A stretch of 64,000 bases of DNA from Syntrophales bacterium (GTDB taxonomy: Bacteria > Desulfobacterota > Syntrophia > Syntrophales > UBA5619). The stretch is from positions 58,440-122,439 of the forward strand of contig JAXDCM010000043.1 of NCBI GenBank assembly GCA_034677965.1, in the 5' to 3' direction. The notes below the pieces were generated by a model, which had not been told where the DNA came from, ran no database searches, and saw only the letters and a program-made list of their open reading frames with translations. The position numbers and the translations under genes were made by a program. Positions within the stretch are counted from its first letter, which is position 1, and each line of letters opens with the position of its first letter. This document shows positions 24,821 to 33,061 of this stretch, piece by piece.

Positions 24821-27163
24821 CTATCTCAAACGCCAAACAACCCCGGTCGGTGTATCCGAAATTTCGACACCCATCCCCAAAAGCCTGTCCCGGATCCGAT
24901 CGGCCTCTTCCCAGCGTCCCTCTTTTCTCCGTTTTTCCCTTTCCTGCATCAGAAGGCGCGCCTCCTCCCCAATCTTCTCCTCTTCGAAATTCATGATTCC
25001 CAGGATCGAATCCAGACTCTTGATGGTGTCGAGGATACGATTTCGCTCCGGTTCGTCGAACTGTCCCTGTGATAGCGGCAAGCCGACCCGATTGATAAAT
25101 CCGAACAGGGAGGCCAACGCCCCGGAAACGTTGAAATCATCGTCCATCGCAGCCGTGAATTCTTTTTTTAGGTTATAGATCCATTGATCGGTATCGGGGT
25201 ATCCGTTCCCCGGTGTAAAACGAATCAGTCGTTGGATGAAACCGTCGAGTTTCCTGATCGTATTTTTGGCTGTTTCCAGTGCCCCGTATGAAAAATGAAG
25301 GGGTTTGCGATAATGGGTGCCGAGGAGAAAAAACCGGATCTCCCGGCCCCGATATCCTTGTGCCCCCAGATCCTCCAGCGTGACCGCATTTCCAAGCGAA
25401 CGGGACATCTTTGCCCCCCCCACCAGGACAAGCTCGGTATGGAGCCAGTGGTTCGCCGGGCGATTTCCCGTGGCCCCGCGGCCAATGGCCAGGACATTAT
25501 CGCAGTGAGGGAAAATGACATCCGCACCGCTCATGTGGATGTCAAATCTCTCCCCAAGATACTTCATCGCTATTGCCGCGCACTCCAGATGCCAGCTTGG
25601 CCGTACATTCCCCCATCGGGTTTTGTAATAGAACCCCCTTTTCAGCTCGCTCAAGGTTGAACGCTTCAGCAACGTGAAATCGGCAGGGCTGTCCTTCTCA
25701 TAGTTGTCTTGATCCACGGTCCGCCCGGGTTCCCCCTTCTGGAGATCGACATTGGAAAGGCAGCCGTAATCTGCCAGCTTCGAGATGTCGAAGTAGACCG
25801 ACCGCAGTTTTTCATAGGCATATCCCTTCTGAACCAGTTTTTCGACCAGTTTCACCATCTCTTCGAAATGACCGCTCGCCCTTGGATATTCATTATCAGG
25901 CCGCAGGTTTAGAGTGCAGAGGCCTTCGAGAAAGGCATTGGCTCCTTTCTCCGTATAGGTCGCCAGATCGACGCCGGCCTGCTCGGCCCCCCGAATGGAG
26001 CGGTCGTCCAGATCGATGATGTTCATAACGTGCCTGACCCGGAATCCCTGATATTCCAGGTAGCGGCGGATCAGGTCGGAAATAATGAAACGCCGATAAT
26101 TTCCGATATGCGGCACCTCATGAACGGTGGGTCCGCAGGAGTGCATGAGGATTTCATCCGGCCGGAGCGGCTGGAAGGCTGTTTTCCTCTTTGTGATCGT
26201 GTTGTATATTTTCAGGCTGGACTGGGTTCGGTCGGTGAAGAGATCCGTGCTGAGATACCGCTCCCCCCCATCCGGAAAAATCACCACGATGAGACCATCC
26301 TCCAACTCCCGCGCCTTCAATGCGGCGACGTGCATGGCGGCGCCGGAACTCATCCCCACAAACAGTCCTTCCTCCCGTGCGAGACAACGGGCCATCTCGA
26401 AGGCATCCTCGTCGAGAATATTGATCTTTTCATCCAGGCGGTTTCGGTCGTAAATTCCCGGCATGTATGATTCCTTCATGTTTTTCAAACCCTGGATACG
26501 ATGCTGGAGATAAGGCTCTACTCCTACGATTCGGACAGCCGGATTATATTCCTTGAGTCTCCTGGAGATCCCCATGGCCGTACCGCTGGTGCCCAAGGTC
26601 GCAACAACCATTGTGACATTGCCTTCCGTCTGCCGCCAGATCTCCTCTCCCGTCCCGTGATAATGTGCCCCCACGTTGTCGGCATTGTTGAACTGGTCGG
26701 TACAGAAATATCGGTCCGGATGTTCACGCATCAGATGGTAGGCCACCTCAATGGCCCCGTCGGTGCGTTGGTTTGCGGGCGTGAGCACCAGTTCCGCTCC
26801 CAACGCCCTGAGAATGCGCTTCCGCTCCTCGCTTGCCGACTCTGGCATCGCCAAGCAGAGTCGGTAACCCTTGGACGCCGCCACCAACGCCAGGCCGATA
26901 CCTGTATTGCCGCTGGTCGCTTCCAGAATCACCTTATCCTTCGTCAACTCCCCGCGCTTTTCGGCCTGCTCGATCATATGAACGGCAACCCGGTCCTTGA
27001 TCGAGCCGCCCGGGTTTAAATATTCGAGCTTTGCGAAGATCCGGATCCGGTTGTTGGGATTCAGTCTGCGTATTTCAACAAGAGGCGTATTTCCGACCGC
27101 CTTGTCGATGCTCTGATAGGTTTTGATCATGATGTTAGGGGAATGTCCGCTTACCGTCGTCAT
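24821..27163 (-). CDS. cysS: Fusion protein: CysK/CysM-type cysteine synthase (N-terminal) + cysteinyl-tRNA synthetase (C-terminal)
   Basis: 780-aa ORF. N-terminal half has GNTPLV, GGSIKDR (PLP lysine), TSGNTG, GTSGT and GERYLST. C-terminal half has LKIYNT, CGPTVH, HIGN, WHLEC, KMSRS, AMDDDFN and GVVWRLR. There is no stop or frame change at the junction near 26200. Confidence 0.9.
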   Translation of the reverse strand: MTTVSGHSPNIMIKTYQSIDKAVGNTPLVEIRRLNPNNRIRIFAKLEYLNPGGSIKDRVAVHMIEQAEKRGELTKDKVILEATSGNTGIGLALVAASKGYRLCLAMPESASEERKRILRALGAELVLTPANQRTDGAIEVAYHLMREHPDRYFCTDQFNNADNVGAHYHGTGEEIWRQTEGNVTMVVATLGTSGTAMGISRRLKEYNPAVRIVGVEPYLQHRIQGLKNMKESYMPGIYDRNRLDEKINILDEDAFEMARCLAREEGLFVGMSSGAAMHVAALKARELEDGLIVVIFPDGGERYLSTDLFTDRTQSSLKIYNTITKRKTAFQPLRPDEILMHSCGPTVHEVPHIGNYRRFIISDLIRRYLEYQGFRVRHVMNIIDLDDRSIRGAEQAGVDLATYTEKGANAFLEGLCTLNLRPDNEYPRASGHFEEMVKLVEKLVQKGYAYEKLRSVYFDISKLADYGCLSNVDLQKGEPGRTVDQDNYEKDSPADFTLLKRSTLSELKRGFYYKTRWGNVRPSWHLECAAIAMKYLGERFDIHMSGADVIFPHCDNVLAIGRGATGNRPANHWLHTELVLVGGAKMSRSLGNAVTLEDLGAQGYRGREIRFFLLGTHYRKPLHFSYGALETAKNTIRKLDGFIQRLIRFTPGNGYPDTDQWIYNLKKEFTAAMDDDFNVSGALASLFGFINRVGLPLSQGQFDEPERNRILDTIKSLDSILGIMNFEEEKIGEEARLLMQEREKRRKEGRWEEADRIRDRLLGMGVEISDTPTGVVWRLR

Positions 27164-27175
27164 CCCTGCCCGTCG

Positions 27176-27598
27176 TTAACTGTCGAACTTCGGCAGGGAA
27201 AGCTTGATGAATTGGACTCCCTCTTCACGGAGAGTCACTTCTTCACTGTCGGTCGTGGTTCCTCGGATGTTTCTTCCATCTTCTTCCCCATGATGAATTC
27301 GGAGGGCAACTTCCGCGAACTTATCACCCACGTTATCGAAGTTTTTCTGAATATAATCATGAAATTCATGCAGGGTCTTCTGCGGCGACGGTCGGGCTTC
27401 CTTCTTCACCGCAGCGGAACGCTGGTCCCGCCCCATGATCGCCACCGTTGAAGGAATCAGCGTCGCTTCGGCATCCCCGCAAACGGGACAGGCAATCAAT
27501 TTTTTTGATCTCTGCCCCTCGAAGGCCTTGCGGTCCTGGAACCATCCTTCGAATTTGTGGCCGTTTCGACACTTGAGGTCGTAAATGATCACTCCCAT
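27176..27598 (-). CDS. DUF1178-family zinc-ribbon protein
   Basis: 140 aa from ATG 27598 (MGVIIYDLKCRNGHKFEGWFQDRKAFEGQ...CPVCG). The 225-aa track ORF is an over-extension across the tRNA-Pro gene. 12 nt upstream of the fusion gene. Confidence 0.75.
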   Translation of the reverse strand: MGVIIYDLKCRNGHKFEGWFQDRKAFEGQRSKKLIACPVCGDAEATLIPSTVAIMGRDQRSAAVKKEARPSPQKTLHEFHDYIQKNFDNVGDKFAEVALRIHHGEEDGRNIRGTTTDSEEVTLREEGVQFIKLSLPKFDS

Positions 27599-27637
27599 AC
27601 CTCGGAAACTCTTTTCTACAATTAATTTTATCACGTT

Positions 27638-27716
27638 GATCTTGAAAACACAAACAAGATCTTCCCGTGGTGATGCATCACGACCCCTCACCGGCAACGA
27701 AAACACCACGGTGAGG
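27638..27716. promoter_or_regulatory. Cluster of mutually exclusive stem-loops in the divergent spacer upstream of the DUF1178-cysK::cysS operon
   Basis: Four pairing elements: GATCTTG (27638-44) with CAAGATC (27655-61); CCGTGGTG (27665-72) with CACCACGG (27704-11); the 12-nt palindrome GTGATGCATCAC (27670-81); and CCTCACC (27686-92) with GGTGAGG (27710-16). The pairings overlap and therefore exclude each other. Confidence 0.3.
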
Positions 27717-27794
27717 AGTAGGTACGACGTGTTTTCCCGAGAACCGAAAAAAAGATGGACAAGTGATTGCAAATTGGATATGGAGCATAGCCGT

Positions 27795-27871
27795 CGGGAT
27801 GTGGCCCAGCTTGGTAGGGCACTGCGTTCGGGACGCAGGAGTCGCGCGTTCAAATCGCGCCATCCCGACCA
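27795..27871 (+). tRNA. tRNA-Pro (anticodon CGG)
   Basis: CGGGATGTGGCCCAGCTTGGTAGGGCACTGCG-TTCGGGA-CGCAG...GTTCAAATC...CATCCCGACCA, 77 nt, followed by TTTTTT. Confidence 0.93.
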
Positions 27872-27925
27872 TTTTTTAGCTCGTTGCAGCGACGGCAGGA
27901 ATCCTCCGCATCGCTTCTATGAGTT

Positions 27926-29134
27926 CTATCCCGCAGCGGAGGCCATCTGAAAGATGGGGAGATACATCGCAATAATCATCCCGCCGACCACGCCGCCCAG
28001 AAACACCATCATGAAAGGCTCCAGCAGTGCCGTCATGGCGCCGACCGCCGCATCCACCTCGTCATCGTAGAAATCGGCGATTTTGGCCAACATGGTATCC
28101 AAGGCTCCCGTTGCTTCGCCGACGGCGATCATCTGCACCACCATGGCGGGAAAGATATCCGTTTCCATCAGCGGTTCGGCGATCGTCTTCCCCTCGCTGA
28201 TGCTCTGCTTCGTCTTGATGAGGGCGTTTTCAACGATTTTGTTTCCCGCGGTCTTGCTGACGATGCCGAGTCCTTCGATGATCGGAACACCGCTGGACAT
28301 CATGGTGGAGAGCGTCCTGGTGAATTTGGACACGGCCACCTTCTTCAGCAGCGGACCAAAAACCGGAGACTTTAGAATCAACTGGTCAATAATGAGGGTC
28401 CCTTTTTCTGTCGCGTAAAACTTTTTGAATCCGTAGAAGGCCGCCACCAAAATACCGACCATGTAGATGAAGTAATTTTGCGCAAACTGACTTAAATCAA
28501 CCATAAACTGCGTCGGTCCCGGCAGAGCGCCTCCCATCCCCTCAAACATCTTCTGAAAAACCGGGATGACCTTCAACAGCAGTACGGCCACAACACCAAA
28601 CGAAATGACCAGAACGGCGGCCGGATAAGTCATTGCCCCCTTGACCTTGCTCTTCAATTTCATCGACTTTTCCATGTAGACGGAGAGGCGCTGCAGAATC
28701 ACGTCCAGGATGCCGCCGCTTTCCCCGGCGGCAACCAGATTGACGAAAAGCTCGTCGAAGATTTTCGGATATTTTTTAAGCGCGTCGGTCAGGGTGGAAC
28801 CCCCTTCAATGTCCCCCTTGATGTTTCCGATCACCTTGGCGAAGGTTTTGTTCTGCTCCTGTTTCCCGAGGAGATCCAAGCACTGAATCAGCGGAAGGCC
28901 TGCATTGATCATGGTGGAGAAGATCCGGGCAAAGACCACCACATCCTTTTCCTTAACCTTCTGCTGGAGAAAGGGAATGTTTTCGAAAAGGTCCTTGGGT
29001 TTTTTCTTGACGTTGATCGATTTGTAGCCCTGCCGGCGAAGCTGGCTCCTGACCGCGGCCTCGTTGGCCATGTCCACTTCACCTTTTCTGATCTCACCTT
29101 TCTTCGTTTCCGCCTGCCATAAGAAAACCGGCAT
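27926..29134 (-). CDS. pilC: Type IV pilus / type II secretion platform protein (PilC/GspF family)
   Basis: 402 aa from ATG 29134 (TGGGGGA SD). Two GspF repeats (FARIFSTMINAGLPLIQCL... and FTRTLSTMMSSGVPIIEGL...) and 3 TM segments. Confidence 0.88.
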   Translation of the reverse strand: MPVFLWQAETKKGEIRKGEVDMANEAAVRSQLRRQGYKSINVKKKPKDLFENIPFLQQKVKEKDVVVFARIFSTMINAGLPLIQCLDLLGKQEQNKTFAKVIGNIKGDIEGGSTLTDALKKYPKIFDELFVNLVAAGESGGILDVILQRLSVYMEKSMKLKSKVKGAMTYPAAVLVISFGVVAVLLLKVIPVFQKMFEGMGGALPGPTQFMVDLSQFAQNYFIYMVGILVAAFYGFKKFYATEKGTLIIDQLILKSPVFGPLLKKVAVSKFTRTLSTMMSSGVPIIEGLGIVSKTAGNKIVENALIKTKQSISEGKTIAEPLMETDIFPAMVVQMIAVGEATGALDTMLAKIADFYDDEVDAAVGAMTALLEPFMMVFLGGVVGGMIIAMYLPIFQMASAAG

Positions 29135-29136
29135 GA

Positions 29137-29871
29137 CTAATTCCCCCATTTTCTGAGAATCTCAAACAAGATGATCCCGGCTGCGACCGAAACGTTCAGA
29201 GAGGATATCCGTCCCCGCAGCGGAATGGCAATCAGGAAATCGCACTGGTTCCGGATCAGAGGCCGAAGCCCCCGGCTTTCGCTTCCCATGACCAGCGCCA
29301 CATGCCCGCCATAGTCCGGCGTCTCGATCCCCATCTTCGCCTCCGCGTCGGCACCGTAAATCCAAAATCCTTTTTCTTTCAGGTATTCGATGGTGCGGAC
29401 CAGATTGACCACCATCGCCGTCGGCAGGTGATGGACCGCTCCGGCCGAGGCCTTGGCGACGGACGCCGTGATCGAAGCGGCACGGTTCTCAGGAATGATA
29501 ATGCCGTTCGCCCCGCAACAATGTGCGGTCCGGATGATGGAGCCGAGATTCTGCGGATCGGCGATGCTGTCCAGCAGAACCACCAGGTTGTGTTTGGACC
29601 GTCGATGACGGTTTGCGATCACCTCATCCACAGTGGCATAAGCGCGCTCCCGGCAGAGGGCCGCAACCCCCTGGTGGACTCGATGCGGCGCCAGCTTCTC
29701 CACCCTTTCCCGGTTGCCGGTCTCCACGGGAATCCTGTGTTCATCCGCCAGCCTCAGGATCTTCCGTACCTCCGCCCCCCTCCGACCATCCGCCACGATG
29801 ATCTTTTCCAGTTGCCCCGGATCGGAAAGGATCATCTCCAGAAGAGGGTTGATCCCATAGATCACCTGCAC
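29137..29871 (-). CDS. rlmB: 23S rRNA (guanosine-2'-O)-methyltransferase RlmB (SpoU/TrmH family)
   Basis: 244 aa if started at GTG 29871 (GGAGGG SD 5 nt upstream; N-terminus QVIYGINPLLE). SpoU motifs LLDSIADPQNLGSIIRTA, VMGSESRGL and IPLRGRISSLNVSVAAGI. Track start 29991 would overlap pyrF by 71 nt. Confidence 0.85.
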   Translation of the reverse strand: MQVIYGINPLLEMILSDPGQLEKIIVADGRRGAEVRKILRLADEHRIPVETGNRERVEKLAPHRVHQGVAALCRERAYATVDEVIANRHRRSKHNLVVLLDSIADPQNLGSIIRTAHCCGANGIIIPENRAASITASVAKASAGAVHHLPTAMVVNLVRTIEYLKEKGFWIYGADAEAKMGIETPDYGGHVALVMGSESRGLRPLIRNQCDFLIAIPLRGRISSLNVSVAAGIILFEILRKWGN

Positions 29872-29920
29872 GGCATCCCTCCGCAAACGGGCTGCTTGAG
29901 AATCCACAGGCTGTGCGCGG

Positions 29921-30703
29921 TTACCGCGGGTTTCTTCGCGCAAGCCCTTGTGCAATCTGTTCCGCAATCGCATCGGCCGCATCGGCCGCATCGGCCGCCT
30001 GGCGGATCGGCCTTCCCACGACCAGATAATCGGCCCCGGAGGAAACGGCTTCCGCGGGGGTTACGATCCTTTTTTGATCGTCGCCCGCCACTTCCGCGAC
30101 CCCTCGGATCCCGGGAGACACGATCAGGAATTCATCCCCGCAGGCTTTTCGGATCGCGGCCGCGTCCTCGGCGGACGCGACGACCCCGGACAGTCCCGCA
30201 TCCTGGGAAAGACAAGCAAGATGCAGCGCCGTCTCCCGTGTTCCTCCGGAGAACCCGAGCAACTTCAGATCATCGTCGTTCAGACTGGTCAGAATGGTTA
30301 CCGCGAGAACCGCCGGAGGCTTTTCCTGGGATCGCTCCGCAAACCCTCGCACCGCATCGACCGCGTCCGTCATCATCCGCACCCCGCCGAGGGCATGCAG
30401 GTTGAACATGGCCACGCCGAGTCCGCAGGCGGCCTCCGCCGCACGGGCAACGGTGTTGGGAATATCGTGGAATTTAAGATCGAGAAAGATTTTTCCCCCT
30501 CGGATACGGATCTGTCGAACAATCTCCGTCCCGAAGCGAACAAACGATTCCTTTCCGACCTTGAACAGGCCGACATGATCCCGCAGACGATCCACCCAGG
30601 AAAGGGCATCTTCCATCTCCGCACCGACATCGAGGGCAAAGATCAACCGTTCCTTCGGGGAGCTAATCGTTGTATTCTTCATCGCCGATGAACTCGGTAT
30701 CAT
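29921..30703 (-). CDS. pyrF: Orotidine 5'-phosphate decarboxylase
   Basis: 260-aa ORF with [16 protein letters not shown] and VVGRPI motifs. ATG 30682 is an alternative start. Confidence 0.92.
   Translation of the reverse strand: MIPSSSAMKNTTISSPKERLIFALDVGAEMEDALSWVDRLRDHVGLFKVGKESFVRFGTEIVRQIRIRGGKIFLDLKFHDIPNTVARAAEAACGLGVAMFNLHALGGVRMMTDAVDAVRGFAERSQEKPPAVLAVTILTSLNDDDLKLLGFSGGTRETALHLACLSQDAGLSGVVASAEDAAAIRKACGDEFLIVSPGIRGVAEVAGDDQKRIVTPAEAVSSGADYLVVGRPIRQAADAADAADAIAEQIAQGLARRNPR
29971..29997. repeat. Perfect 3 x 9-bp tandem repeat (CATCGGCCG) inside the pyrF 3' end
   Basis: catcggccg occurs three times at 29971-29997 and is preceded by the degenerate copy caatcg. In the pyrF frame it encodes ADAADAADA. 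Confidence 0.9.
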
Positions 30704-30935
30704 TCGGGATCGTTTTGAAGTTTTCCTTCACCCTTTGCAGATACTCGGGATGGGCGTAAAAAACCTTTCCCGCCGCAATTTCCCGAAGGGCCGTTACAAT
30801 CTCCCGATTGTTTCTCGAATCCGTCAGGGGTTGGCCTCCCTTCAGAAGCTGTCGCGTCCGTTGAGACGTCAGCAGGACAAGGGCAAACCGGTTCTTTGCC
30901 ATGCGCAAAGAATCCTCCACCGTAATTCTGGCCAT
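30663..30935 (-). CDS. rpoZ: DNA-directed RNA polymerase subunit omega
   Basis: 90 aa from ATG 30935 ([30 protein letters not shown]...). Confidence 0.92.
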   Translation of the reverse strand: MARITVEDSLRMAKNRFALVLLTSQRTRQLLKGGQPLTDSRNNREIVTALREIAAGKVFYAHPEYLQRVKENFKTIPNDTEFIGDEEYND

Positions 30936-30956
30936 GGACAATGCACCTCCAATTGA

Positions 30957-31589
30957 TTAAAATGATTCTTCTTTCAAAAAAGCCTCGATTCTTTCCGTCC
31001 AACGGTCCCGCCGGGACATCTCAGCGATGTACACGGCCTGAAACCGATTGACGGCCTCCTCCAAATTTTCATTGAATATGATGTAATGATACCACAGAGC
31101 CTCACGGATTTCATCGAGGGAGCTCTTCAAACGCCGCTCCATGACGGCGGCACTTTCCCCTCTGATGGACAGCCGGGACTTCAGATCGGCAAACGTCGGG
31201 GGAAGGATGAAGATGAATATCCCGCCCGGATAATTTTCACGGATCGCCTTCGCGCCGCGCGGTTCGATATCCAGGATCAGATCATATCCCTTCGATAAAA
31301 AGGCCTCCATCGCTTTCTTCGACGTACCGTAGAGATAGCCGTAATTTTCCACCCATTCAACGAATTCTCCCCGAACCATCCTCTCGCGGAACTCCTCGTC
31401 GGAGATGAACTCGTAATCCCGTCCGTTGATCTCGCCGAGACGCGGAGGACGCGTCGTACACGATACGGAAAAACGGATCTTGGGGAATCGTCGCAGAATC
31501 TCCCGGCAAATCGACGTTTTTCCGGCACCGGACGGGGCGGACACGACCATCAGCAAACCGGGTTGCCTTTTGGACCATTCATCATTCAA
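30957..31589 (-). CDS. gmk: Guanylate kinase
   Basis: 210-aa ORF with P-loop SAPSGAGKTS, TTRPPR and EVDGRDY-like GEINGRDYEF. Confidence 0.95.
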   Translation of the reverse strand: MNDEWSKRQPGLLMVVSAPSGAGKTSICREILRRFPKIRFSVSCTTRPPRLGEINGRDYEFISDEEFRERMVRGEFVEWVENYGYLYGTSKKAMEAFLSKGYDLILDIEPRGAKAIRENYPGGIFIFILPPTFADLKSRLSIRGESAAVMERRLKSSLDEIREALWYHYIIFNENLEEAVNRFQAVYIAEMSRRDRWTERIEAFLKEESF

Positions 31590-32472
31590 TGTTCTGCACC
31601 TGCTCCCTCAGTTTCGCCAATTCGCTCTTCACCTCAATGACGCTTCGCGAGATTTCCGCATCCCCGCTCTTGGAGCCGATGGTATTGATCTCACGGCCCA
31701 TCTCCTGGATCAGAAAATCGATCTTCCTGCCGGCGGCGTCCTCTCCGGCCAGCAGATCATTAAACTGACCGATATGACTTCGGAAGCGTACGATCTCTTC
31801 GGTAATATCGCTCTTCTCCGCCATGATCGCGATCTCCTGAAGCAGTCGCGCCTCATCGGCCGCCAGACCCCCCGTCAGTTCCCTGACCCGGTCGCCGAGA
31901 CGCTTCCGATAGTCCAGCACCACCTGCGGCGCTCTTCCGGCGATTCCATCCACGCAATCGGCAATCCTGTTCAAACGGCCAACCAGATCCCGCTTCAGGC
32001 TTTCTCCCTCCCTCTCCCTCATCTCCGTCAGTACCCGGATCCCGTCCGCAAGGATTCTGGAAAGTCCCTCCCAGAGAATCGCCGGATCCTGGCTCGACTC
32101 CACAGGAACAAAGAGGTCGCGGAATCCCGCCATCATCTCCAGCGTGATCTCTCCCTCAAGGCCGAATTCCTCCTTCATCTGACCCAGCAGCGCGTGGTAA
32201 TTGCGGACCAACGGCAAATTCAGCGTGAAACGACCGGCGGCCTCCTCGATTCCATCGCCGTCCGTCCGGAGGGTCGCCTCGATCCGCCCCCGGGAAAACT
32301 GTTCCCCGATCCGCTTCTTGATCTCACTTTCGAACGGAAGAAACATTGCCGGCAGACGCAACGAAATCTCCAAAAAACGGTGGTTGACGGATTTCATCTC
32401 GATCGTGATTTTCCGGCCTGCAAGAAACGTTTCCGCCCTGCCGTAACCGGTCATGCTTCTAATCATCGGCAT
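31582..32472 (-). CDS. yicC: YicC-family stress-induced protein
   Basis: N-terminus MIRSMTGYGRA, and the C-terminal DUF1732-like region ends ...LREQVQNIE. 8-nt overlap with gmk. Confidence 0.88.
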   Translation of the reverse strand: MPMIRSMTGYGRAETFLAGRKITIEMKSVNHRFLEISLRLPAMFLPFESEIKKRIGEQFSRGRIEATLRTDGDGIEEAAGRFTLNLPLVRNYHALLGQMKEEFGLEGEITLEMMAGFRDLFVPVESSQDPAILWEGLSRILADGIRVLTEMREREGESLKRDLVGRLNRIADCVDGIAGRAPQVVLDYRKRLGDRVRELTGGLAADEARLLQEIAIMAEKSDITEEIVRFRSHIGQFNDLLAGEDAAGRKIDFLIQEMGREINTIGSKSGDAEISRSVIEVKSELAKLREQVQNIE

Positions 32473-33061
32473 TCCTCATCAAACGACTCCCGTCGGACCC
32501 TTGTAACATGCCCGACAACGAACGGCTTCCGGTTTCTTTTCCCTTGAGCTGCAGCAGATACTTCTCCCGGATTCGGGTCAGCATCCCGATCATCTCTTCG
32601 CCGGCGTAATCCGGATAGGTCCAGGGAAAGGAATGAAACGCCTTGTCTCTGTACATCAGTGTCAAGTCGGCGTAGATCCCATCCCGGAGATAGGGCCGAT
32701 GGGTAAAGCCCTTGCCCGTGGCCAGAATCAGATGGGCCCGCGCAAGATAACCCGGGTCGATGTTCACCCGCCTTTTCCCTTCGACCGACAACCTTCTCTC
32801 CAGCGCATTGGTCGCGTTTTTGACATCCGGCAATGTCTCCGGACGAATCAGCCGTTCAAAGGCGACAAAACGACGGATCAGGGAACCGCCGAACTCCTTT
32901 TCGTAATAATCGGTATAGGCAAAGGCCATCGGTGCGCTGATGAAGTCGGCCTTTCCATATGTTTCCGACAGGACCTGCACCGTTTGACGGAGCAGCCCCT
33001 CCTCCCCTGAAAAGACACTGGCCACCAGTTTGACGGCCTCCGGCGGCTGCGGATCGCTCAT
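32459..33061 (-). CDS. DUF4416-family protein
   Basis: 200-aa ORF with ...TDYYEKEFGGSLIRRF...RRVNIDPGYL...LATGKGFTHRPYLRDGIYADLTL...WTYPDY pattern recalled for DUF4416. Confidence 0.6.
   Translation of the reverse strand: MSDPQPPEAVKLVASVFSGEEGLLRQTVQVLSETYGKADFISAPMAFAYTDYYEKEFGGSLIRRFVAFERLIRPETLPDVKNATNALERRLSVEGKRRVNIDPGYLARAHLILATGKGFTHRPYLRDGIYADLTLMYRDKAFHSFPWTYPDYAGEEMIGMLTRIREKYLLQLKGKETGSRSLSGMLQGSDGSRLMRNADD

Noticed and set aside
27599-27794. T-box leader upstream of the aminoacyl-tRNA synthetase fusion
   Set aside because: No match to the conserved T-box sequence (…GGGTGGTACCGCG…) on either strand. The stem-loops are kept as an unclassified finding instead.
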